A stretch of DNA of 32,000 nucleotides from Nonlabens ponticola (lineage in GTDB: Bacteria > Bacteroidota > Bacteroidia > Flavobacteriales > Flavobacteriaceae). The stretch covers positions 1,950,001 through 1,982,000 of the forward strand of contig NZ_CP034549.1 of NCBI RefSeq assembly GCF_003966335.1, read 5' to 3'. The position numbers were made by a program, and so were the translations under genes. Numbering within the stretch: position 1 is the first letter of the stretch; every line of letters starts with the position of its first letter. Shown piece after piece: positions 9,126-17,109 of the stretch. The notes beneath the pieces are model-generated. The model saw only the letters and a list, made by a program, of their open reading frames with translations. It did no database searches and was not told the origin of the DNA.

Positions 9126-9419
9126 TTAAGCCGTTTGAACATCGTTAAGATACCTTTCCTTAACCCAAAAGGTTCCAAAAGGCACTACGCTCATCAATAC
9201 GACGATGATGGTAGTCTTGAAATTCCACTTGAGCAATTGACTTACTACAATCGCCAGTGCTACATAAGCCAAGAACAAAAATCCATGAGCCATACCTACC
9301 ACAGTATTAGGCAAACCTATGCCGCCTAAATATTTTAAGGGCATGGTGACGAATAGCAATAGCAAAAAGGAGTAACCTTCTGCAATGGATAAATATTTAA
9401 AAATCTTAACTACTTGCAT
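9126..9419 (-). CDS. DUF3817 domain-containing membrane protein
   Basis: 97-aa ORF with 3 TM helices. ...AEGYSFLLLLFVTMPLKYL...GMAHGFLFLAYV... matches DUF3817 from memory. Overlaps the upstream MscS gene by 14 nt. Confidence 0.75.
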   Translation of the reverse strand: MQVVKIFKYLSIAEGYSFLLLLFVTMPLKYLGGIGLPNTVVGMAHGFLFLAYVALAIVVSQLLKWNFKTTIIVVLMSVVPFGTFWVKERYLNDVQTA

Positions 9420-10329
9420 CTTTCTTCAGGTCTTTCATAGACAAAGGTATGTCAGATTCACGACCATAGAGCTTGATTTCCTGAATATCTGCAGGTAGAT
9501 AGAAGCCTTCCTTCATAAGCTCCATCTTGACGTGTCCTATCACGCGTCCACGAGTCTCAGTCGCGATGCGGCCAAAATCCTTGGTATCTACCCAAAAATA
9601 GACCTTGAGGTTTACAGTACTAGTGGCAAGTTCATCTTCAGCTACAAAATTGACATGTTCATCATCACTTATGACCTTACTATCGTTTTTTAAGGCGCGC
9701 ATAATGCATTCCTTGGCTAGATTTATATCGTCTTCATAATCAACACCTACTAGGAAGTCCCAACGATAGAAACCATCCTCGGTAAAATTGGTCACTGGCT
9801 GTGTAATCACATCACTATTAGGTATATAAACATCCTTGCCATCAAATGTCTTGAGTTTAGTATATCTAAATTCCAAGGTTTTTACCTTACCAAAGTTATC
9901 GCCTATCTCAACGGTGTCGTTCACATTGAAGGGTCTATTGAAACTTAAAATGATACCTGCGATAAAATTTTGCCCAACGTCTTTAAAAGCAAAACCCAAT
10001 ACCACGGCACTCGCACCAGCTGCGGCCAGTATTCCTGCACTAACGTCACCCAATCCTGCAGCACGCAATGAGAGCATGATAAAGACAATAATGATAGAGA
10101 AACGTATGGCCTTACCCAAAAACCTACTCATTAATGGATCGTTGGTTGTACTGCGTACGCGTTTACGAACAAATGAACCTATAAGGCCAGCGATGAGAAC
10201 ACCTATAACTATGATAGCGATACCAAAACCCAACCGCGGTAGGAACTCGACAAAACTCTCATAAAATGTTTGCGCGCTCGTGGTAATTTCTTCAGTAAAT
10301 TCAGTAGTTGTGCTAGCTTGATCCTGCAT
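9406..10329 (-). CDS. mechanosensitive ion channel family protein (MscS-like)
   Basis: 307-aa ORF with N-terminal TM helices, then ...NFIAGIILSFNRPFNVNDTVEIGDNFGKVKTLEFRYTKLKTFDGKDVYIPNSDV..., the MscS beta-domain signature. Confidence 0.85.
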   Translation of the reverse strand: MQDQASTTTEFTEEITTSAQTFYESFVEFLPRLGFGIAIIVIGVLIAGLIGSFVRKRVRSTTNDPLMSRFLGKAIRFSIIIVFIMLSLRAAGLGDVSAGILAAAGASAVVLGFAFKDVGQNFIAGIILSFNRPFNVNDTVEIGDNFGKVKTLEFRYTKLKTFDGKDVYIPNSDVITQPVTNFTEDGFYRWDFLVGVDYEDDINLAKECIMRALKNDSKVISDDEHVNFVAEDELATSTVNLKVYFWVDTKDFGRIATETRGRVIGHVKMELMKEGFYLPADIQEIKLYGRESDIPLSMKDLKKDASS

Positions 10330-10417
10330 TTGTATTGATTTGAGGTAAATATAAATTGCTGCTTTGCATACTTATGTTAAGCTTACATAAAAAAGTCAGG
10401 GCTTATTGTTCAGCACT

Positions 10418-10425
10418 TATTTTTG
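10418..10425 (+). promoter_or_regulatory. candidate -7 promoter box TATTTTTG abutting the start codon
   Basis: Exact TAnnTTTG match 4 nt upstream of the ATG at 10430 (TATTTTTG-TGAC-ATG). Confidence 0.4.
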
Positions 10426-10429
10426 TGAC

Positions 10430-11680
10430 ATGCAAAACAATTTATCTACAATTACAATCATAGGTGCTGGCGTGAGCGGCCTGGCAGCTGCGATGACGCT
10501 GCATAAAGCTGGTTATAGCTCGACAATATTAGAAGCCGGTAGTCAGGTAGGCGGCCGCGTGCAAACCGATTATGATAATTCCATGATACTGGATCACGGT
10601 TTTCAGGTATTGCTGGATGCTTATCCAGCATCTATGGAGTTTTTAGATTATGATAAACTACAACTCATCAATTTTAAGCCTGGTGCGGTCCTATTTAATA
10701 ACGGTAAGAAAGAAAAGGTTGGCGACCCGACTAGAGATGCGAGTTTTCTAATTTATACTGCTATTGCTAGTATAGGAAGTGTGCAGGATAAATGGTTGAT
10801 GTTTCAGCTTTCGCGAAAGCTGAAAAAGAAATCTCTTCAAAACATATTTGCATCACCCGAACTAACCACACAGCAGTATCTAGAGGATTATGGGTTCTCT
10901 CAAAAGATTATTGACAAGTTCTTTAGACCTTTCTATGCTGGAATTTTTCTCGAGGACAAACTATCTACAAGCAGCCGCATGTTTGAGTTTGTTTTCAAGA
11001 TGTTTGCGATAGGAAATGCCACGTTACCAGCAAAAGGAATACAGGCTATTCCTGAACAGATGGCTAGCGCACTGCCAGACAGTTCTATAAAATTGAGTAC
11101 CACTGTAGAACGTGTTGTGGGCAGTCAAATAACGCTCGCTGGTGGTGAGCAATTGGAGTCAGATTACACCATTATTGCCTCACAGGCAGATCAACTTGTA
11201 CCTAATTTACCCATATCAAATCTGCCATGGCATCAGGTAAGTGTACTGTATTTTGAGACCACATATGAAGGTTTGGGCAATCCAATGATAGGTCTAATTG
11301 CAGATGAAGATGCACTATGTAATAATTTTCATTTTTTGCAAGATGTATTCCCAAATCATAACAGTGTGCTGAGTGTTAGCGTGGTGAAAAAACATGATTT
11401 AAGCGATACTGAGCTAGAAAGGAAGGCAAGAGAAGAAATGAAGCGGCATGCACAAATTGACTGCGGCAAGTTGATTAAATGCCAGCATATAAAAAAGGCG
11501 TTACCCAAATTGGGAAGCATTAATTACAGCATGGAACCTACAGAGACGCAACTAACTGAACATGTTTATCTTGCAGGCGACCATTTAAGTAATGGTTCAC
11601 TCAACGCTGCAATGCTTAATGGTAAAGCCGCAGCGCAAGCCATCATTGAGAAAATTGAAAATAGAGTAGTGGTTGGCTAG
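10430..11680 (+). CDS. NAD(P)/FAD-dependent oxidoreductase (amine oxidase / protoporphyrinogen oxidase-like fold)
   Basis: ORF track 10406..11680 (TTG). The ATG at 10430 gives MQNNLSTITIIGAGVSGLAAAMTLHKAGYSSTILEAGSQVGGR (GxGxxG dinucleotide-binding fold). Confidence 0.85.
   Translation: MQNNLSTITIIGAGVSGLAAAMTLHKAGYSSTILEAGSQVGGRVQTDYDNSMILDHGFQVLLDAYPASMEFLDYDKLQLINFKPGAVLFNNGKKEKVGDPTRDASFLIYTAIASIGSVQDKWLMFQLSRKLKKKSLQNIFASPELTTQQYLEDYGFSQKIIDKFFRPFYAGIFLEDKLSTSSRMFEFVFKMFAIGNATLPAKGIQAIPEQMASALPDSSIKLSTTVERVVGSQITLAGGEQLESDYTIIASQADQLVPNLPISNLPWHQVSVLYFETTYEGLGNPMIGLIADEDALCNNFHFLQDVFPNHNSVLSVSVVKKHDLSDTELERKAREEMKRHAQIDCGKLIKCQHIKKALPKLGSINYSMEPTETQLTEHVYLAGDHLSNGSLNAAMLNGKAAAQAIIEKIENRVVVG
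10802..10825. repeat. iterated palindrome copy 3 (core 10807..10820; perfect palindrome extends to 24 bp TTTCAGCTTTCGCGAAAGCTGAAA; inside a CDS, reads LSRK)
   Basis: Read directly. It lies in the oxidoreductase CDS and encodes FQLSRKLK. Confidence 0.95.
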
Positions 11681-12939
11681 GCTGCTGGTCGCTTGATATT
11701 CTTGGGAAATTTCATCAGGATACTGGTGCCAACACCATATTCTGACTCGATGCTTATGGTACCCTCAAGATGTTCCAATAATCTTTTAGTCGTTGCGAGA
11801 CCTATTCCTGTTCCTTTATTTCCATTGCGATCCTGCTCAGAAGCTGTGTAGAACAGTTTAAACACGCTATCTAATTTGTCACTCTCGATACCGCGCCCGT
11901 TATCCTCTACCTGGATAGTATAGTGGTCGTCAAATTCTTTCATTTGAACATGGATGATCGTTTGAGCCTTATCACCGTACTTAACGCTGTTGGTGACTAG
12001 ATTGAGTAGAATTTGCTGCAATGCCGCCTTGCTGGTATGCATGGATACATCCATCTCTGGAGCATAAGTGACAAGAACATCTTCCTTAGTTACTGCCATG
12101 GTGATAACATCTTCAATCATATCGACATAGCTCACATCCTCATGTTGCTGATTTACTAACTCATCACTCTTGTAAAACATTAGCATACCATCTATGTAAC
12201 GGCTCAAGCTAATTCCTGCTTCATTGAGATAGGACAAATAATTAATAGACTTCTCGCTTAAAATATCTTGATTCTCTTTCTTGAGCAATCCAGCAATCAT
12301 CATGATATTTGAAAGTGGCGCCTTAAGGTCATGAGATACAATACCCGCAAAATCTTTTAACTCCTCATTGCGCTCCTTAAGTTCGTTCTGTGTTTTAAGT
12401 AATTGTTTGACGCTATAGCGTTCTTCAAATAATAACATGACATGATTTGCCATGGATTTAAGAGCACTTAATTGAGAGTCATTAAGTTCTCGAGGTTTAG
12501 AATCAAAAACACATAAGCTACCTAACTTATAACCATTCTTATCTATGAGTGGAACTCCAGCATAAAAAATTGCTGTACCACTAGTAACAAAAGGATTGTC
12601 CCTAAACCGCTCATCTTCTCTAGCATCAGTAACAATCATCACATCATCTTCTTGAACAATAGTATGTGCACAAAACGAAATATCTCGTGGTGCAGAACCC
12701 AAGTCAACACCATATTGGGATTTGAAGAAGGTTTTGTCCTTATGGACTAGATTAATTAATGCTATAGGAGCTTGACATATACTTGCAGTTACCGCTGTAA
12801 TATCGTCATAAGCCTGCTCTGGCATCGTATCGATCAAATCATATTTATCCAGCGCTTGTAAACGTCGTTTATCATCGGCAAGTATAGGTGCTGGTATCAT
12901 AAAAATATAAGGTTGCTGCAAAATAGTATTATCTACCAC
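11677..12939 (-). CDS. GAF domain-containing sensor histidine kinase
   Basis: 420-aa ORF with an N-terminal GAF-like region (DDKRRLQALDKYDLIDT...). HisKA H-box FAGIVSHDLKAPL. HATPase motifs LLNLVTNSVKY, DNGRGI, GTGIGL. The start could instead be the ATG at 12900 (MIPAPILADD...). Confidence 0.85.
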   Translation of the reverse strand: MVDNTILQQPYIFMIPAPILADDKRRLQALDKYDLIDTMPEQAYDDITAVTASICQAPIALINLVHKDKTFFKSQYGVDLGSAPRDISFCAHTIVQEDDVMIVTDAREDERFRDNPFVTSGTAIFYAGVPLIDKNGYKLGSLCVFDSKPRELNDSQLSALKSMANHVMLLFEERYSVKQLLKTQNELKERNEELKDFAGIVSHDLKAPLSNIMMIAGLLKKENQDILSEKSINYLSYLNEAGISLSRYIDGMLMFYKSDELVNQQHEDVSYVDMIEDVITMAVTKEDVLVTYAPEMDVSMHTSKAALQQILLNLVTNSVKYGDKAQTIIHVQMKEFDDHYTIQVEDNGRGIESDKLDSVFKLFYTASEQDRNGNKGTGIGLATTKRLLEHLEGTISIESEYGVGTSILMKFPKNIKRPAA

Positions 12940-13211
12940 GACCCATGCAGGACACAGGTATTAATTATATGCTAAAAAAAGATGCCATTAATACTGATCG
13001 GCCGATGCGGGAATCAAATTCAGAAAATACCAGTCTCTATGATGCATGCTGGTTTACAAGACATTCTTTCTATAAATAAAATTTAAAATAGGTCTATAGA
13101 CGCCTAATAACCTATGAATCATGATTATGTAATTTTTTGTAATAAAAGTCCCTTTGTGGTAAGCTTAAGCCAAAAAGCTTGTGTTCATCGGCTCGTACCA
13201 CAGTATCTACA

Positions 13212-13219
13212 TAACTTTG
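13212..13219 (+). promoter_or_regulatory. candidate -7 promoter box TAACTTTG
   Basis: Exact TAnnTTTG match 19 nt upstream of the ATG at 13238. Confidence 0.4.
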
Positions 13220-13237
13220 AATTTTTCCCCATTGTTT

Positions 13238-13675
13238 ATGAAAAACATTACGATTCTACTCGCATTATTATTTATTGCCACTTCTGCATCATGTCAAAAA
13301 TCTAAGAAGAGCGAAGTTCCTCAAGCCGTACAAGCAAATTTCATGTCAAAGTATCCAGGAGAAAATGATCCGGACTGGAAACTAGATGATCACGGATATT
13401 GGGAATCGCACTTTAAAATTGAGGGCATTAAATACCGTGCAGACTTTGAAGCAAATGGTGCTTGGGTCGAGACGGAAACTAGTATTTCTAAAAAGGATTT
13501 ACCAGAAGCCATTAAAAGCGTCATCAAAGACAAGTACGCAGACCGCAAAATTACAGAAGTTGAGTTGGTTCAACACTTCAGTAAAGGGCAGTTTTACGAT
13601 GTGGAGTTCAAACAAAAAGGTAAAAATATGGATGTCGAGTTTAGGAGTGATGGCTCCATTATTGAGGTCAACTAA
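13238..13675 (+). CDS. PepSY-like (DUF2874-type) periplasmic protein
   Basis: ORF track 13181..13675. The ATG at 13238 gives signal peptide MKNITILLALLFIATSASCQ. There are two repeats of the P..V...F...YP / LP..I...I...Y pattern typical of PepSY-like proteins. Confidence 0.75.
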   Translation: MKNITILLALLFIATSASCQKSKKSEVPQAVQANFMSKYPGENDPDWKLDDHGYWESHFKIEGIKYRADFEANGAWVETETSISKKDLPEAIKSVIKDKYADRKITEVELVQHFSKGQFYDVEFKQKGKNMDVEFRSDGSIIEVN

Positions 13676-13688
13676 TTTGATGACTTAA

Positions 13689-14870
13689 TTATTTTTCACC
13701 TTTAGAAACAATTTTAATAGGTAGGCGCACGGTTATCGTCGTACCCTTTTTATTTCCAGTTATAAAAGTGATGTCACCTTCATGAAGCTCTGCAATCATT
13801 TTTGCGATATAAGTACCTAAACCAGTACCACGCTCCTTACCCGAAGTCACGTATTTACTAAAAAAGTTCTCGCGCACATCTTTAGGAATATTCCCTTTAT
13901 TAGTGATGTGGACTAAAAGCACATCATCAGTATTCAACTTGATTTTAATACGCTCCTTTTTAGGCGATGCCTCGATAGCATTGCTTAATAAGTTTTGAAA
14001 CAGGTGATCTAGATAAAATTTATCTGCTTTGATTCTCAGCGATGTTTCACCAGGGATCACTTCTTCGCCATCAAGCTTCATGGTAAGCTTAAGCTTCTTG
14101 CGATTGATAAGATCTTTATAATCCTTAGTCATCGTTTCTAAGGATTGGATAAGATCAAATTCTTCAATTTTTGGTTCATAATCACCACGCTCCATATCGG
14201 CATAATCCTTGGCACTGGTGAGCAATTGTAGCGTATCGATCCCTATGTGTTTGATGGTCTCGATCCATTTCATTTGCTTCTCATCCACATCAGTCTTTGC
14301 AAGAATATCAGCTACTGACACAATAGTTGCTAGACGATTGCGCATGTCATGTTCAGCAAGTCTATGTGCAAGATCTTGAGTTTCTAATTTGCGTTCTAGA
14401 ATTTCTATTGACGTCTCAAGTCGAGCAATGGTCCTGTGCAGCTCATCAGCCCTTACTACAAGAGTCATCTTTCTTATATCTTCCTCATCATTTTCTGTAT
14501 CGTATTCCTTGAGAAAGGCAGCGTTTGTGATGATCTCAAATTTCTCTTTGGACTTACCGTAAACAGTCCATCGACCAGTCAATTCATATTCATCCTTAAG
14601 AAATCTCTCATGCAGATTTACCAGTTGATCCTGGGATTCATCAGGCACCACCATGGTAAACGGGTTCCCTATAAGTTCCTCACGAGTATAACCATAGATA
14701 TCACAGTAGGTAGCATTAACATCAGTAAAATGACCGTTAGCATTAGTAACACAAATACCTATGGGCATGTGTTGAAAAACCTTGAAGGACAATTCATGAT
14801 CGTGTTCAAATAGACCCTTAATAGTATTGAGTCCTTGCTGGGCATTATCTTTCTGCTGAGAAACAGACAT
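13689..14870 (-). CDS. PAS domain-containing sensor histidine kinase
   Basis: 393-aa ORF. PAS-like N-terminus (...GICVTNANGHFTDVNATYCDIYGYTREELIGNPF...), H-box LAEHDMRNRLATI, HATPase motifs LLSNAIEAS and GTGLGTYIAK. No TM segment is evident. Confidence 0.85.
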   Translation of the reverse strand: MSVSQQKDNAQQGLNTIKGLFEHDHELSFKVFQHMPIGICVTNANGHFTDVNATYCDIYGYTREELIGNPFTMVVPDESQDQLVNLHERFLKDEYELTGRWTVYGKSKEKFEIITNAAFLKEYDTENDEEDIRKMTLVVRADELHRTIARLETSIEILERKLETQDLAHRLAEHDMRNRLATIVSVADILAKTDVDEKQMKWIETIKHIGIDTLQLLTSAKDYADMERGDYEPKIEEFDLIQSLETMTKDYKDLINRKKLKLTMKLDGEEVIPGETSLRIKADKFYLDHLFQNLLSNAIEASPKKERIKIKLNTDDVLLVHITNKGNIPKDVRENFFSKYVTSGKERGTGLGTYIAKMIAELHEGDITFITGNKKGTTITVRLPIKIVSKGEK

Positions 14871-14903
14871 AACCTTGTTTAAGTTTTGAGGTTAAAGTAT
14901 AAA

Positions 14904-14911
14904 CAAATTTA
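14904..14911 (-). promoter_or_regulatory. candidate -7 promoter box TAAATTTG
   Basis: Exact TAnnTTTG match on the minus strand, about 33 nt upstream of the PAS kinase ATG at 14870. Confidence 0.35.
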
Positions 14912-14969
14912 AAATATTTTTAATAATAAAAAGTTGTTTCCTACATTTTGAGGCGCATTCTTACAATTG

Positions 14970-14991
14970 TTACGCTTTCGCGAAAGCGTAA
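14970..14991. repeat. iterated palindrome copy 4 (core 14974..14987; perfect 22-bp palindrome TTACGCTTTCGCGAAAGCGTAA; intergenic)
   Basis: Read directly. It lies in the divergent region between the PAS kinase and the arg operon. Confidence 0.95.
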
Positions 14992-15037
14992 TCTCCACTA
15001 AAACCTAGCATTTAAAATTATCCTAAGTTTTTTTTCT

Positions 15038-15045
15038 TACATTTG
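15038..15045 (+). promoter_or_regulatory. candidate arg-operon -7 promoter box TACATTTG
   Basis: This is the only exact plus-strand TAnnTTTG match in the 430-nt region upstream of the arg cluster. It sits 3 nt before the ATG of mini-ORF 1. Confidence 0.35.
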
Positions 15046-15048
15046 ACT

Positions 15049-15102
15049 ATGCTTACAGTAGAATTATACACCAGAATTGAAAACCGCCGTCGCTGTCGCT
15101 AG
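15049..15102 (+). CDS. candidate arginine-rich leader peptide 1 (17 aa: MLTVELYTRIENRRRCR)
   Basis: Hand-translated mini-ORF ATG..TAG. The last five codons are CGC CGT CGC TGT CGC. It lies about 250 nt upstream of the first arg-cluster gene. Confidence 0.4.
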   Translation: MLTVELYTRIENRRRCR

Positions 15103-15146
15103 ACCTCGAGTGCATTGCCGTTTAATCAATTGTAAAATTTCTACCT

Positions 15147-15218
15147 ATGTTTTTCCTTCCATATTTATCGAGCAATAGTAATCCAAGAATGGTTATGTTG
15201 TTGCGCCGCCGCCGTTAA
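15147..15218 (+). CDS. candidate arginine-rich leader peptide 2 (23 aa: MFFLPYLSSNSNPRMVMLLRRRR; shorter forms from the ATG at 15189 or 15195)
   Basis: Hand-translated mini-ORF ending CGC CGC CGC CGT TAA, 83 nt upstream of the GNAT/arg operon ATG at 15302. Confidence 0.4.
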   Translation: MFFLPYLSSNSNPRMVMLLRRRR

Positions 15219-15301
15219 AGGCTGTTAATTTTTTACAGAACTTTAGGTGTGTCCAGTTCTCTTTTCGTTAAACATTTTACTCACTTATTAATTCTCTTAC
15301 A

Positions 15302-15925
15302 ATGAATATTGTAATTGCAAATGAATCGCATTTCAAATATGCTTATATTATATGCGAGACCATCAACAAATCAGCGGTCGAGCGTGACACTGGTATCGCA
15401 AAGCGTACCCCAGAATATATTACTACCAAGATGCAAAACGGGAATGCCGTCATCGCTCTTGATAATCAAAAGTTCACGGGTTTTTGCTACATAGAGCGAT
15501 GGGATCATGGCAAGTATGTAGCCAATTCTGGATTGATCGTACATCACGATTATCGTGGTAAAGGATATGCAAAACTGATCAAGAAAAAAATCTTTGAACT
15601 ATCACGCGAGAAATTCCCTGATGCCAAAATCTTTGGGATTACCACGGGCTTACCGGTCATGAAAATCAATTATGAGCTAGGATATCAACCCACTACATTT
15701 TCTGAGTTGACTACAGACGATGCATTTTGGAAAGGCTGTCAAACGTGCAAAAACTTTGATGTACTTACACGTACCAATAGAAAGATGTGCTTGTGCACTG
15801 GTATGATATACGATCCAGCTAGAAGCATTCCCAAACCAGAAAAAAAGGTCGTGACAAAATCCCTGCATGACCGTTTACAAAACATAAAGAAATCCATTCT
15901 CTTTAAAAAAGATCCTACCAAATGA
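15302..15925 (+). CDS. GNAT family N-acyltransferase, first gene of the arg cluster (candidate glutamate N-acyltransferase)
   Basis: 207-aa ORF with a GNAT core (...LIVHHDYRGKGYAKLIKKKIFELS...). Its stop overlaps the argG start (ATGA at 15922..15925). Confidence 0.8.
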   Translation: MNIVIANESHFKYAYIICETINKSAVERDTGIAKRTPEYITTKMQNGNAVIALDNQKFTGFCYIERWDHGKYVANSGLIVHHDYRGKGYAKLIKKKIFELSREKFPDAKIFGITTGLPVMKINYELGYQPTTFSELTTDDAFWKGCQTCKNFDVLTRTNRKMCLCTGMIYDPARSIPKPEKKVVTKSLHDRLQNIKKSILFKKDPTK

Positions 15926-17109
15926 AAAAATTAGTTCTCGCATATAGCGGTGGTCTTGACACATCCTATTGTGCTGTTCACCTATCAAAAGATCTGGGCT
16001 ATGAAGTCCATGCCGTTAGTGTCAATACAGGTGGTTTTACAATCGATGAAATCGCGCACATAGAATCCAATGCGTATAAAATGGGAGTAAAGACCTATGA
16101 AAATATTGACGCCGTTGAGACTTTCTATGATAAAATCGTTAAGTATTTGATTTTTGGCAATGTGCTTAAAAACAATACGTATCCATTATCAGTAAGTTCT
16201 GAGCGTATCATTCAAGCCATTGAAATCATTAATTATGCTAATGAAATTGGGGCCACGGCGATTGCCCACGGTTCTACCGGTGCAGGAAATGACCAGGTGC
16301 GATTTGATATGATCTTTCAAACTTTTGCACCAGATATGGAGATCATCACTCCAATACGTGATCAAAAGTTATCGCGACAGCAAGAAATTGAATACCTCAA
16401 GTTAAATGGTGTCGACATGAATTGGGAAAAGTCTCAGTATAGTGTCAACAAAGGTTTGTGGGGAACCAGCGTCGGCGGTGCTGAGACGCTCACTTCAAAC
16501 AAGTCATTACCAGAATCTGCTTATCCATCGCAACTGCAGGAAAAGGAACCCAAACAAATAGCATTGAGTTTCACTAATGGCGAACTCACAGCTATTGATG
16601 ACCACGTTGGCGAATCTCATCATCTCATTGAGCAGCTCAACGATGTCGCATCAGCTTATGCAATAGGACGTGATATTCATGTGGGCGATACCATTGTCGG
16701 TATTAAAGGTAGAGTAGGCTTTGAGGCTGCTGCTTCACTGATTCTGGTAAAAGCCCATCATTTGCTGGAAAAGCATACCTTGAGTAAATGGCAACTGCAA
16801 CACAAGGAATACTTATCCAGTTTCTATGGGATGCATTTGCATGAAGGTCTTTATCTTGATCCGGTCATGCGCAACATTGAGGCGTTTTTACAAAGCAGCC
16901 AGAAAAGTGTCACAGGAAAAGTATTTGTTACCTTAAAACCTTATCAGTTTTTATTGGATGGCATTGAATCAGACTTTGATTTGATGAACGCTGGATATGG
17001 AACCTACGGTGAGGAAAATAAGGCATGGAGCGCTGATGATGCCAAGGGTTTTATAAAGATCTACAGCAATGCGCAAAAGATCTATCAACAAGTAAATAAG
17101 GGCTCATGA
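15922..17109 (+). CDS. argG: argininosuccinate synthase
   Basis: 395-aa ORF. MKKLVLAYSGGLDTS (N-type ATP pyrophosphatase P-loop), ...AHGSTGAGNDQVRF... Confidence 0.95.
   Translation: MKKLVLAYSGGLDTSYCAVHLSKDLGYEVHAVSVNTGGFTIDEIAHIESNAYKMGVKTYENIDAVETFYDKIVKYLIFGNVLKNNTYPLSVSSERIIQAIEIINYANEIGATAIAHGSTGAGNDQVRFDMIFQTFAPDMEIITPIRDQKLSRQQEIEYLKLNGVDMNWEKSQYSVNKGLWGTSVGGAETLTSNKSLPESAYPSQLQEKEPKQIALSFTNGELTAIDDHVGESHHLIEQLNDVASAYAIGRDIHVGDTIVGIKGRVGFEAAASLILVKAHHLLEKHTLSKWQLQHKEYLSSFYGMHLHEGLYLDPVMRNIEAFLQSSQKSVTGKVFVTLKPYQFLLDGIESDFDLMNAGYGTYGEENKAWSADDAKGFIKIYSNAQKIYQQVNKGS

Noticed and set aside
2446-10264. Antisense or alternative-frame ORFs inside confident genes. Antisense: 2446..2640, 3284..3466, 4300..4581, 5783..6049, 8206..8469, 8635..8823, 9135..9329 and 9836..10264. 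Same strand but alternative frame: 8620..8802
   Set aside because: Each is embedded in a longer ORF with strong family signatures. Their translations are low-complexity or biased, as expected for shadow ORFs.
6979-11680. Convergent gene pairs sharing 4-bp overlaps (TTAA at 6979..6982; CTAG at 11677..11680)
   Set aside because: These are palindromic tetramers that hold a stop codon on both strands. This is a known compact-genome arrangement and is not unusual enough to be a finding.
13114-13688. ORFs 13114..13305 and 13386..13688
   Set aside because: The first spans the promoter region and a different frame of the PepSY-like gene. The second is an alternative frame of the same gene. The PepSY-like frame has a signal peptide and the family repeat pattern.
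15219-15301. A classical terminator/antiterminator pair downstream of the Arg-run mini-ORFs
   Set aside because: I found only a weak 6-bp stem (AGAACT/AGTTCT, 15237..15260) followed by CTTTTCGTT. No segment is complementary to the CGCCGCCGCCG run. I therefore do not annotate an attenuator terminator and leave the mechanism open.
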